A program made the translations under genes and the position numbers. A stretch of 64,000 nt of DNA. Source: Octopus sinensis (Eukaryota). The notes below the pieces were generated by a model. That model saw nothing but the letters and a program-made list of their open reading frames with translations, searched no databases and was not told the DNA's origin. This document shows positions 34,916-47,652 of this stretch, piece after piece; positions within the stretch are counted from its first letter, which is position 1, and the number at the start of each line of letters is the position of its first letter. The DNA is taken from assembly GCF_006345805.1 (NCBI RefSeq), contig NC_043024.1, positions 19,468,001 through 19,532,000 on the forward strand, written 5' to 3'.

Positions 34916-36905
34916 AGGCAATTAAGGATATGAAACCAGGCAAAGCCCCTGGCCTATCAGGAATCACTGCTGAGATGCTTAAAACAGCTGGCTATGTGGG
35001 CTATGCCATAGTCACCCGCATTGTAAACCAGGTAGTTCACAATGGAGTCATACCCAATGACTGGTGCAGCAGCACCATAGTCAACTGCTACAAGGGTAAG
35101 GGTGATGCTCTAGATAGAAATAACTACAGAGGTATCAAACTGTTGGACCAGGTGATGAAGGTCTCAGAGAAGGTCATAACCAATCTCATTAGGGAGAGAA
35201 TTTGTTTAGATGAAATGCAGTTCGGTTTTGTACCAGGTAGAAGCACCACTGATGCTATATTCCTGGTCCGACAACTGCAGGAGAAGTACCTAGCTAAAGA
35301 TAAACCCCTCTACATAGCTTTTGTAGACTTGGAGAAAGCCTTTGACAGGGTTCCCCGTTCCCTTATCTGGTGGTCGATGCGGAAACTGGAGATTGAAGAA
35401 TGGCTAATAAGGGCTGTACAGGCTCTATACAGAGAGGCTGTCAGCAAGGTTAGGATTGGCAACGAATATAGTGAAGAATTCCGGGTAGAAGTAGGTGTGC
35501 ACCAGGGCTCAGCCCTCAGTCCCCTTTTATTCATCATAGTCCTTCAGGCAATAACAGAGGAATTCAAAACGGGATGCCCCTGGGAGCTCCTCTATGTCGA
35601 TGACCTAGCTCTCATAGCAGAATCACTACCGGAACTAGAAGAGAAATTTCGGGTGTGGAAGCAAGGGTTGGAATCAAAGGGCCTTAGAATAAATGTAGCA
35701 AAGACCAAAGTATTAGTAAGCAGCAAGAGGTACTCAGCACACATCCCCTCGGGTAGGTGGCCCTGCTCAACCTGTAGGAAAGGTACAGGTAGAAACTCCA
35801 TAAGATGCACCCAATGTAAGTTATGGACACATAAGAGGTGCAGCACATTAAAGGGAAATTAACAGATAAGATAGCTTTCATTCATGTGGCCAGATGCATA
35901 GGGACAATAGACACAACAGACACTCAGAAAACAGATTCCATCACACTCCAGGGAGAGAAACTAGAAGTAGTTGATAGTTTCCGCTACCTGGGAGACCAAG
36001 TTAGTAGCGGAGGTGGATGCACAGAGAGTATCACCACTAGAATACGAATAGCCTGGGCAAAGTTCAGAAAGCTCCTACCCCTACTGGCAACAAAAGGTCT
36101 CTCCCTCAGAGCAAAAGGTAGATTGTATGATGCATGTGTGCGAACTGCCATGCTTCACGGTAATGAAACATGGGCTGTGACTGCAGAAGACATGCGTAGA
36201 CTTGAAAGAAATGAAGCTAGCATGATCCGCTGGATGTGTAGTGTCAGTGTGCATGCAAAACAGAGTGTAAGTATCCTGAGAGAAATGCTGGATATAAGAA
36301 GCATCAGATGTGGTGTGCAAGAGCGACGCTTGCGATGGTATGGTCATGTGCTGCGGATGGATGAAGAGAGATGTGTGAAGAAGTGCCACTCCCAAACAGT
36401 TGAAGGTATCAGGGGAAGAGGTAGACCCAGGAAGACATGGGATGAGGTGGTCAAGCATGACCTCAGAGCATTGGGCCTCACTGAGGCAATGGCGAAGGAC
36501 CGAGATCTCTGGAGATATGCTGTGACTACAAAGACCCGGGCTGCTTTCTGCAGCAATCCACATACCCCCTACCCATTCTAAGTACCCCGGATCCCCAAAG
36601 TACCCTGGATCCGCAAAGTACCCCGATCCCCAAAGTACCCCGGACCTCGTTGCCCCCGTGCCGCTGACACGTTAAAATGCTCGAACCGATCGTGACGATG
36701 CCGGACCCTCCGGCCCCTGTGCAGGTGGCACGTAAAAAGCACCCAATCCACTCACGGAGTGGTTGGCGTTAGGAAGGGCATCCAGCCGTAGAAACTCTGC
36801 CAGATTCAGACTGGAGCCTGGAGCGGCCCCTGGCTTCCCAGACCCGGTCGAACCATCCAACCCGTGCTAGCGCGGAAAGCGGACGTTAAACGATGATGAT
36901 GATGA
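34916..36905 (+). mobile_element. 5'-truncated RTE LINE (RT, Cys-rich insert, C-terminus, 3' UTR)
   Basis: ORFs 34819-35862 and 35838-36581 give KAPG, NYRGIKLL, FVDLEKAFDRV, LLYVDDL, FRYLG, RRLRWYGHVLRM and GRPRKTW. There is one main frameshift near 35848 and a (GAT)n tail. Confidence 0.95.
36580..36646 (+). repeat. About 18-bp tandem repeat x4 at the start of the RTE 3' UTR
   Basis: AAGTACCCCGGATCCCCA-like units. Confidence 0.85.
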
Positions 36906-37757
36906 TATATATATATATATACGACGGGCTTCTTTCAGTTTCCGTCTACCAAATCCACTCAGAAGGCTTTGGTCGGCCCGAGGCTATAGTAGAAGACACT
37001 TGCCCAAGGTGCCACGCAGTGGGACTGAACCCAGAACCATGTGGTTTGTAAGCAAGCTACTTACCACACAGCCTCTCCTACACCTATGCAGACTTTCAGG
37101 TTATAAGAGAATATTCTATTACCCTCTATCTAACAATCTTCCTTATTTTCAAAGCTTTCTATGTATTCAACTTCAAACCAAAATTTCAACAACTTTGGTT
37201 GTTCCAGATTGAAGGGAGGAGATGGCTGTAAAAGCCCTTTGAACAGACCCTGTTAAACACTGCTAGTCACGGCTGACTGGTTTACAGAATTACAGTCAGG
37301 ATATGAAGACAATTTGGAACCTGGCCTTGCTGGACAAAAGCATTACAGAGAATTACGAAATACTCCAGACTGCATATGGATTAATCTGCATTAGCTGAGC
37401 ATCTGTTTTTCGCTGGCACAAAAGGTTACACCTGTGAATTCTGATACAAAACGAAGGGAAACCATCTTCTAAAAAAAATCAGACATTTTCATCTTCTGCT
37501 TCAATGATCAATGTACACACTTTCAGGTTATAACTGAATATTCTATTAATCTCTGTCTACAAAACTCGCTTGTTCCAAAAGCTTACGAAGCATTCCGCTT
37601 CAAACCAAATTTCTATATCGCTTTTGTGACATTATTTTCTTTCATTAATGGTTAAAACTGTTTCTGCTTCAAGAACATGTTCCATTGTTGGCAAAACTAG
37701 AATTACATTCATAATGCTGGTCAGCTTCCAATTAATATAAGAACACACTCTCTACAT

Positions 37758-38070
37758 CAGTGGCTCTCAATCCCATTTTTGTTATCTATGGATCCTTTTA
37801 TTTACTTTTTTTTCTGGTGGACCCCCCCACCCCATAGCTATTCAAAGTTTAAAAACTAGTTTTATAGATATTTCTTTCAAAACTTCCATTTCGTTTATCA
37901 CACATTCACTTGTGTAACATGTCAAAAACAGACACCTACCTGTTTTTGCAGTGAATATACCAAAAAGAAAACATTTTCATGAACCCATGAAATCTTACAG
38001 GGGCCTCAGTTTACTATTGTTTGTGTAGACCCCTAAAAGTCTTATAGGGATCCAAGTTGAGGAACTACTG
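37758..38070. mobile_element. hAT-like MITE
   Basis: Ends CAGTGGCTCTCAA and TTGAGGAACTACTG. The 8-bp flanks CTCTACAT and CTCTATAC match at 6 of 8 positions. Confidence 0.65.
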
Positions 38071-38391
38071 CTCTATACAAACCTGTTGATTCATTCAATA
38101 TTCGTCCCTTTTTCTCTCTGTTAATGTTGTTTGGGGAAAATTCCTTACTGAATAACAATGGTCTTTAGTAGCTGGTATTTTGAAACCAAGCTTTCTCATC
38201 TTTGTGGACAAGCATAAAATTATACCTATGCCTCTATGTGTTTAATGTTCCTTTTTTCCATGCTAGCATGGATTGGACCAAAACATTACTGTGGCATTGT
38301 TTTACAGCCGGATGCTCTTCCAGTCACTAAACTTAACTCTGTCTTCAAGTAATGGCTTTCTCGAGACTTCTTCACTTTCTCTCAACCAATA

Positions 38392-38811
38392 CTTATTTCT
38401 TTACTACCCACAAGGGGCTAAACACAGAGAGGACAAACAAGGACAGACAAACGGATTAAGTCGATTACATCAATCCCAGTGTGTAACTGGTACTTAATTT
38501 ATCGACCACGAAAGGATGAAAGGTAAAGTCGACCTCGGCGGAATTTGAACTCAGAACGTAAAGACAGACGAAATACCTATTTCTTTACTACCCACAAGGG
38601 GCTAAACACAGAGAGGACAAACAAGGACAGACAAACGGATTAAGTCGATTACATTGACCCCAGTGCATAACTGGTACTTATTTAATCGACCCCGAAAGGA
38701 TGAAAGGCAAAGTCGACCTCGGTGGAATTTGAACTCAGAAAGTAACAGCAGATGAAATGTCGCTAAGCATTTTGCCCGGCATGCTAACGTTTCTGCCAGC
38801 TCGCCGCCTTC
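38392..38811 (-). mobile_element. SINE family B dimer
   Basis: Junction GAAATACCTATTTC near 38570. Confidence 0.88.
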
Positions 38812-39162
38812 TTGCAACCAATTCCACCTACAAGGATTTGATCAGTGCAAGGTTATGTTAGAAGACACATTCCTAAGGTGCTACACAGTGGGACTGAACC
38901 CAAAACCATGTGGCTGGGAAGCAAATTTCTTTAACACTTAGCTATGCCTGTACCATGTAGTATTGTAATATCTCTTCCAAATGTCTTTGCTCTGAGCTCA
39001 AATTCCACCAAGGGTAAAATTGCTTTTCATCTTTACAAGGTCTTTAATAAGGAATCTCTCTATGCCATGAGATTAGCAGAAATGCTACAGCGGAATTTCT
39101 TGAGATGAGGGTATACATAGCTATATCATGGAGGAGTGATGGATACTCCAGATTGGAACCAA

Positions 39163-39574
39163 ACCTATTTATTTACTACCCACAAGGGGTTAAACACAGA
39201 GGGGACAAACAAGGACAGACAGACGGATTATGTTGATTACATCATCCTCAATGCGTAACTGGTACTTAATTTATCAACCCCAAAAGGATGAAAGGCACAG
39301 TCAACCTCGGTGGAATTTGAACTCAGAACGTAGTGACAAACGAAATACCTATTTCTTTACTACCCACAAGGGGCTAAACACAGAGGGGACAAACAAGGAC
39401 AGACAAACATATTAAGTCGATTACATCGACCCCAGTGCGTAACAGGTACTTAATTTATCAACCCCAAAAGGATGAAAGGCAAAGTCGACCTCGGTGGAAT
39501 TTGAACTCAGAATGTAACGGCAGACGAAATATGGGTACGCATTTCACCCGGCGTGCTAACGGTTCTGCCAGCTA
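39163..39574 (-). mobile_element. SINE family B dimer
   Basis: Junction near 39342. Confidence 0.88.
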
Positions 39575-39914
39575 TAACCATGCTTAGTTATGTAGAAATA
39601 TAAAATTTTAAAATGTGAGTCACACAAAACTCTCAAATCACCTGACTCATGAAAATATGATTTCCAAATCTTGACAGTGTTCCCTTGACTCCTGGGTGGG
39701 GGTTTATATCTGCCATTTTAGAAACTGTTGATGTAGTATAAGAAAGACAAAAGGGTACTGCCGTTAGTGGGAGAGATTGGAAAGGTAAAAGGAGAGGATG
39801 AAATATTGTAGCGGAATAAATCAGGGGAAATTAAGAGTAAAAAGTAGTTATGATGGAGACAAGAGAAGGGGATGAAATGAAAAAGGGGAGAAAGGAAAGC
39901 ATTGAAGAAAAATT

Positions 39915-40315
39915 GGAGTGGCTTTGTGGTAAGTAGCTTGCTTACCAATCACATGGTTCTGGGTTCAGTCCTACTGCATGGCACCATGGGCAAGTGTCTT
40001 CTACTATAGCTTCGGGCCGACCAAAGCCTTGTGAGTGGATTTGGTAGACGGAAACTGAAAGAAGCCTGTCGTATATATGTATATATATATGTGTATGTGT
40101 GTTTGTGTGTCTGTGTTTGTCTCCCCAACATCACTTGACAACCGGTGCTGGTGTGTTTATGCCCCCTGTAACTTAACAGTTTGGCATAAGAGATCGATAG
40201 AATAAGTACTAGGCTTACAAAGACTAAGTCCTGGGAACGATTTGCTCGACTAAAGGCGGTGCTCCAGCATGGCCACAGTCAAATGACTGAAACAAGTAAA
40301 AGAGTAAAAGAGTAA
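39915..40315 (+). mobile_element. SINE family A
   Basis: Consensus match. Confidence 0.88.
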
Positions 40316-40744
40316 ACTGAAAAAATGAAAAAATGTGAAAGGGTGAGATTTTAACAAACTACACAAACTTCAAAGAATTCTTGTAGAAGTTTTTGGAACA
40401 ATGAATAAAATATCAAAAATTCTCAGAGAATTCTGAAAGGATCTCGAAAAATTTTGAATGCCTCAGTCATGAAGTTATAAAGTGTTAAAGTTTTTTTAAG
40501 TTTAAAGGTTTTAAGATAGATAACTTTTTTTATTGGCCACACAGGGCTGAACACAAAGGGGGCAAATACAAATGTAGAGCTTTTCTTTTCGAAAATGAAA
40601 GAAAGGGGAAAAATAAGAAAGAAAGTAAAATTCCTATCAAAAGGGATTGGGGAAAGAAAAAAATGATCAAAAGAGATCGTGTATCACAGAAGAGTTTTAA
40701 AAATGTAAAATGTAAGATTAGGTTTATCTGTGGAAAGAAAAGCC

Positions 40745-41057
40745 TACGGATAGATAGATAGATAGATTGAAAGAAAGACAGATAGATAGACAAATAGATA
40801 GACAGACAAGCAGGCAGGCAAGCACAGACAGACTGGTGGATAGATAGATGGGTAAATAATTAGACAGATAGATAGATAAATAGATAGATAGACAGACAGG
40901 CAGACAGAAACACAGATAGATAGATAGATAGATAGAGAGATAGATAGACAGATAGATAGATAGATAGATAGATAGAAATAAAGATAGATAGATAGATAGA
41001 TGGATGGATGGATGGATGGATGGATGGATGGGTAGATGGATAGATGGATAGATGGGC

Positions 41058-41092
<35 letters not shown>

Positions 41093-41095
41093 TGC

Positions 41096-41131
<36 letters not shown>

Positions 41132-41222
41132 GGGTAGATGGATAGATGGGTAGATAGATAGATAGAGGGTAGATAGATAGATGGGTAGATAGATAGATAG
41201 ATAGATAGATAGATGGTATGGG

Positions 41223-41255
<33 letters not shown>

Positions 41256-41350
41256 GGGTATGGGTAGATAGATAGATAGATAAAGAAATAGAATGATAGA
41301 TAGATGAATGGATACATACACAGATTTATGAGAGATACCGTAGATAGAAA
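40745..41350. repeat. (GATA)n/(GACA)n/(GATG)n microsatellite
   Basis: Direct reading of the sequence. Confidence 0.95.
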
Positions 41351-41919
41351 AATGGGTAAATAGATAGATAAGTTTCTTTATTGGCCACACAGGGCTGCAC
41401 ACAGATGGGACATGTTACAAGGTAGAGCTTTTCTTTTGGGGGATGAAAAAATAAAAAAAAGGGGGTGGCGTAGGTTTTCGATCAAGAGGGATCGTAAAAG
41501 GGAAGAAAAGAACAAAAAAAAAAATTTTTTTTTAAATAAAATAAAAAAAAATAAAATAAATAGAATAAAAAATAAAAAGAGATAGATAGATAGATAGACA
41601 AACAGAAATAGAATGATAGACAGATAAATAGATAGATGAATGGATACATACAGAGATTTACGAGAGACAGATAGCTATAATGGCATATGAACTGTTGATT
41701 TAGGTTGTGGAATATGTCGACCAGTCAAAGACAAGGAACTTGCAGAAATGGATGTGGTGGTGGTGGTGGTGGTGGTGACAGCATCTGGTGAAGCCTGGCT
41801 TCAGAATGTTGGATATCAGGAAAGCGATAATAACAGATTGCAATAAAGGTCAAGACAATGTCTTAGAATAGAATAATCCAGTTCCATATAAACAAAGGAA
41901 ACAAGGCGTAAAATGGTAA

Positions 41920-42500
41920 AATGGTGGTGATGGTGATGGGGATGGTGATGGGGATGATCAGAGAGATGCTGGTGATGATCCAGTCCATACAAGTGTAAGA
42001 AGCAAATGTGAAGTGGAGGTGGTGGGGTTGATGATGATTGTGGTGATGATGATGCTTGTGATGAGGATGATTGTGATGATGATGATGACGACGACGACGA
42101 TGATGATGACGACGACGATGATGATGATGATGATGATGATTGTGGTGATGGTGATGATGATGATGATGATTGCGGTGATGGTGATGATGATGATGATGAT
42201 TGTAGTGATGGTGATGATGATGATGGTGATGATTGTGGTGATGGTGATGATGATGATGGTGATGGTTTGAGGATGATGATCATGATGATGATGATGATTG
42301 TGGTGATGGTGATGGTTTGAGGATGATGGCAATATTGATGATCATGATGATGATAGTAACATTGATGATATGATGGTGATGATGATAGTGATGATAATAC
42401 TTATGATGGCGATGGTTTAATAACTATGATGACGATGACGATAAAGAAAGCAATGATGATGATGATAGCAATGATGCTGATAATGATGGTGATTGCATGA
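41920..42500. repeat. (GAT)n/(GGT)n microsatellite
   Basis: Direct reading of the sequence. Confidence 0.95.
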
Positions 42501-42850
42501 TAATGGATTTGCCATTGTCATGAATTCCATCTTGATTGCCTTCTTCCAAATTCCGAATATTGATTGCATCTTCCAGTCGGCGCTGTGAACTATTTATAAC
42601 CTTATCCGGAACCAGATTAATTTCCTTAAATCAAATGATTTCAAATTCACTAGGGAAACCCCATTTGGTTGGTTGATCAACCTGCAAGAAATAGAAATAA
42701 CAGCCAAATCTGTGTCCCTAGAATCACAACCTACTGTGAAATATTTGGAAGGACCATTTGGATAATGTGGTCTTGGAGAAAATAAAGAAAACTCAAAGAA
42801 TTATAATCATTGGAAGAATTCTTTGATTATGGGTCCATTGTTACAGCTCC

Positions 42851-43065
42851 CATGACTTTCGGAAACATTTTTTCACGCTCAGAGTTGCTGAAGCATGGAA
42901 TAAACTGCCTGCGTCAGTTGTTGACTGCCATGACACTGCATCCTTTAAGGCCCTCATGCTTTCCGAAATCCGCCGAAACTACACCTGATTATACATACAC
43001 TTTAGATGAGTTGTAGTGCACCTGAGCACTGTACACAATTATTATTATTATTATTATTATTATTA
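42851..43065 (+). mobile_element. CR1-clade LINE 3' end
   Basis: HDFRKHFFTLRVAEAWNKLPASVVDCHDTASFK, then a short UTR and an (ATT)n tail. Confidence 0.8.
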
Positions 43066-44123
43066 GAACTGATTTGGGGCTAAATAATTACTAATGGGAT
43101 TTCTGCCAGGCAGGGGCTTGTTTTGTGACTATGAGGTTTCGGGTTCAGTTCCACGCTGGGTGAGTGGCTTGTGTCTTCTACAATTGCCCCAGACTGACCA
43201 ATTCCTTGTGAGTAAATTTGGTAGACAGAAACTATGTGAAAACCATATTCATGTGTGTATGTATGTGTGCGTGTATGTTTATGTGTGTGTGTGTATGAGT
43301 GTGTGTGTATGTATGTATGTCATTATTCCATTTTATTTCAAGATTCCTTGCCAATATAGAAAGGGCTGGTTTCTAACCTAGAGCCAAGACTCTTGTATGT
43401 ATATGTGTGTGTATGTATGTGTGTGTGTGTATGTGTGTGTGTGTGTGTGTGTGCTTGAGATTATATAAAGGAGAATGAAATAAGAAATTATGCCATGAAC
43501 TTCATTGGCTCACAGTTGTTTCTGCTATAAGATGCAATGCACTCATACTAATAGCAAGTGCACTCAGAGAGTGCAAACCTCTGCCAAGGCAACACCAACA
43601 TCTTCTCAACGATTAGCTGGAGATGATTTTTAAAATGAGAATATCTGAAATAAACTCGACTGCTCTCACAAACGAGAATACTAAAAATGAACCCGGCTAC
43701 TGGGATTGAACTTGAAACCCCATGGCAACACAGTGAGCTTTTTAACCATCCACCTAATATGTATTGAGTCAAAGTGCTCCATCCTGAATTTCATTAGATT
43801 TAAGTAATGCTAATTAATAATAGATAAGCAAATAAGTTAATTAGACAAATATATACAAATACTTAATTATAGTGCCCTCAAAATATATGCACGTAAATGT
43901 ATACAACTTTATGTAGATATAAATATAAATGCAAATACATATGTATATGTGTACATATGTGTATTTATATATATGTATCAATCTATATGTGTGTGTGTGT
44001 ATTTATATAAAAGCATATGTATGCTTATATCTATAATTGTATATTTACTTATCTATCAATCTATGTATGTATGTACTTACACATATATATATATATAAAT
44101 AATAATATTAGAGAATATATATG

Positions 44124-44174
<51 letters not shown>

Positions 44175-44904
44175 TTATCTATAAGGCAGAACATGATTTG
44201 TACTAGCACAATTTCACATCAATATCTTGTAAACTAAATAAAAAATGATGTGTGCACACACACCAACAAGAACAACAACAGCAACCCTGTTCCACAAATT
44301 AAAACATGTAGCAGAAAATACACTAAATTAATTAGACTAAATATATAAAATAAACAAAAATCACAAAGTATGAAATAAACAAATTTAAGTCTAATTAGAA
44401 ACACCATCAGCAATTAAAATAATTTGATAACTAGGCAATGCATTGGTAGTCATTAGTGCACAGAGCATTTCACCGTATTTGTTGTGGTTTACTGTATTCC
44501 AAGTTCAAACTCTGCCGGGGCACACTTTCATCTTTTTTTTTTTTTTATGTTTGTGGGTGGTGCGGATGATAAAATAAAATACAGCGTTGGTGGTAGTAGG
44601 GAGAGCCAGAATTATTTATTATTTTCTTTTTTTGTATAGGTGATGAATTAAAATAGCGAGCTTGCGGTGTTGGAAAGAGCCAGATTTGTTTTTTTGTTGG
44701 CAAATGACTGAAACAAGTGAAAGAATAAAAGAAAGGAGTGTAACTACTTGTGTGCCATTGGCAATTCCTTTTCTGTGTTTGAACTTTTCTCTTTCCCCTT
44801 TCTGACAAAGAGCTACGCTTGAAATGTCAAACTCTCTCCTTTCTCCGAGTATCAAGTTCATAAATTTCTTGTGCACATTTGTTTTTTTACATTTTATTTG
44901 AATT

Positions 44905-44942
<38 letters not shown>

Positions 44943-44948
44943 TATCTA

Positions 44949-45237
44949 TCATCATCATCATCATCATCATCGTTTAACGTCCGTTCTCCATGCTAGCATG
45001 GGTTGGACGGTTCGACCAGGGTCTGGGAAGCCAGGAGGCTGCACCAGATTCCAATCTGATCTGGCAGTATTTCTACGGCTGGATGCCCTTCCTAATGCCA
45101 ACCACTCCGTGAGTGTAGTGGGTGCTTTTTACATGCCATGGCACAGGTGCAAGGGGAGGCTGGCAATGGCCATGATCAGTTGGTGGTTTTTACATGCAAC
45201 CAACATGGAAGCCCGTCAATGCAGCACTGGCATCGGC

Positions 45238-45240
<3 letters not shown>
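44949..45240 (-). mobile_element. Family D element
   Basis: Reverse orientation; (CAT)n tail on the plus strand. Confidence 0.85.
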
Positions 45241-45284
<44 letters not shown>

Positions 45285-45285
<1 letters not shown>

Positions 45286-45532
45286 TATATAAATCTGTTC
45301 TGTCTGTGTGTGTGTGTGTGTCTTCTAGGATATCGGGCATCCTCCATCTGATTGCACTCAAATTTGATATGTAGACACCGACGGTAACAGGGCGTATATA
45401 AGTCTTGAAAAAAATTTAAAAATTGATTCCAGGTGAGAATGCAATCGATAAAGCAGTGGGAACGTGCATTTGTACGTGCTAGTATATCAGCTGTTGCAAT
45501 TGATACTACACATACGCGAGAAAAATGCACGT
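45285..45532 (+). mobile_element. Short Helitron/Helentron-like element
   Basis: Homologue of 16378-16623. CGTGCATTT...AAATGCACG inverted repeat around a CTAG. Confidence 0.6.
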
Positions 45533-46248
45533 GCAGTTTGCACAAAAAAAGCCGGCTGGCTTGAAATAATGCCACAAAATGCAGTATATTTAAGAGACCA
45601 AAAAAAGTAAGATGCAAAAGAGATATTTTCTTCAAACTTGGCATGAAGGAAGGAAAGACTATTTGGTTTCTCAAGAAGTTTTTTCTTTTTTGCCTTAAGT
45701 TCGTTTAACAAAACCAAAAGTTTTATTGAAATAAAGGCATGCTTAATTATTTGTTAATGAAAAGAAACCACTGATTGCTCTTTATTCAGCAGATATGATT
45801 CAGCACCATCCATTTGTTTTGCTCGTATATATATATATACACACACAAAATTTCAGTATCTGTCAACGAAATCAACTGAAGGCATTAGTTCACCTTGAAT
45901 TGTAAGAGATGACAATTAGAGAAGGTGCCACACTGTGGGACTGAACCTACAAGTATGTGGTTGGGAAACGGATATCATAAGCACACAGCTGTGCCAACAT
46001 CTGTTGGCTATAGGGACATAAACAAACCAGTATTTGCTGCCAAGTAGTGGAGTTGAACACACTATATATGTGTATGTGTGTATGTATGTATGTATTGATG
46101 TATATATAGATGTATATATATATATTATATATATATAATATATATATATATATAAATATATATATAGATATATATATATATATATATATATAAATATATA
46201 TATATATATGTAGATATGTATATGTATGTAGATATATATGTGTGTATA

Positions 46249-46279
<31 letters not shown>

Positions 46280-46859
46280 GCACACTAACGTAGATATGTA
46301 TGTGTAACAGCTTATCAAACCCTACCCATGTGCTAGAGTATGTTTCACCATCCTCTAGAATACTGCATATCACCAGTCAGTAGAGTCAATATAAGATTTG
46401 AAATCAATCATTCATCATCTGTTTATAACCTGGTTATTGATACAGACACCAGTGCAATATAATGCCATCCTTTTCTTTTATAAGAATTACAAAAAAAAAA
46501 ATAATAAAATAAAACACATGATTAATTACGAAATACAGATATATAAATCAAATTAAATTAAATTATTATATAAGAATTTTGAAAAGAGTTCCAAAAACAC
46601 AAACAAAGCATTTTTAATCAAATCAATATTGTGCTGCACTTATCTGTATTTAGATTTATAAGTCATATATTATATATATATATATATTATATCTTTCACC
46701 AATTCCATAATCTCCATACAGACAAGATTAACATTTTTGAAACAAACAAAAGAAAGAAATTCTTATAAATTCTAGAAAATGGTATTATATATCATATTAA
46801 TAACCAAAACCGTATTCTGTGGTTCATTTTCAAATGTTATTGTCCATTTTCTGTTGTTG

Positions 46860-46921
46860 TTGTCATTATTGTCATTATTATTATTGTCATTATTATTATT
46901 ATTATAATTATTATTATTATG

Positions 46922-47008
<87 letters not shown>

Positions 47009-47096
47009 TATTATTATTATTATCATTATTATTACATTATTATTATTATTATTATTATTACATTATTATTTTTATTACATTATTATTATTATTATT
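46860..47096. repeat. (ATT)n microsatellite
   Basis: Direct reading of the sequence. Confidence 0.95.
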
Positions 47097-47652
47097 GAGT
47101 GAGAGAGCAGTGCATGCCATCAAAGTGACACTGGGGTAAAATATACGAAGCCCAATATACCCATCATGACTACCCGTCTGATAAAGGTACACCAGGCACA
47201 TGCATCACAACCATATGTGCGCGACATGGTGATCTCATATCAAGATAAACAGCACATGACCTTGCAGGTGGGGCCCAGTTAGAATTTTCTTCAGGTTGAG
47301 TAGCCCATCCCGCTCAAACGGTCCCTGAATAAGGGTTGTTTAAGGATGTTGAAAGAAACACCCATGTTTCCAGAGGTGAAATATTCAAACCCCAAAGAAT
47401 CCCTCTCAACACATGGCTATGATGCTCCCCCACTACTTCTGCTCGTGATCAGAGATGCACATATCGTCAGCCACTAAGGGACATGCTCAACTGGTTAAGG
47501 TCAAACAACTGACAAGCAAATCTGTGGTATTGAGCAGAATATTTGCTGTAGCCCATCTTTTATACCAAGACAAAACAATGTACATGATAACACTTCCAAT
47601 CAGTTAAGATCAGAAGCCATGAGAGCCACTGCCTGGTACTGCATCAGGGCAT
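47097..47652. mobile_element. Non-coding about 555-bp insert inside (ATT)n; probable interspersed element
   Basis: Sharp boundaries with (TAT)n on both sides, higher GC than the flanks, and no ORF. Confidence 0.55.

Larger units (their letters stand above)
34635..37087 (-). mobile_element. SINE family A split by a 2-kb RTE insertion
   Basis: Tail half 34635-34915 and head half 36906-37087. The break lies in the (TA)n spacer. Confidence 0.85.

Noticed and set aside
40724-42332. ORFs rich in IYLS, poly-Ser, poly-Ile or poly-Met
   Set aside because: They come from (GATA)n and (GAT)n microsatellites.
47585-47652. HDV-like ribozyme at the end of the (ATT)n-embedded element
   Set aside because: P2 and P3 could be paired loosely, but P1 needs a bulge, and P1.1, P4 and a proper J4/2 are missing.
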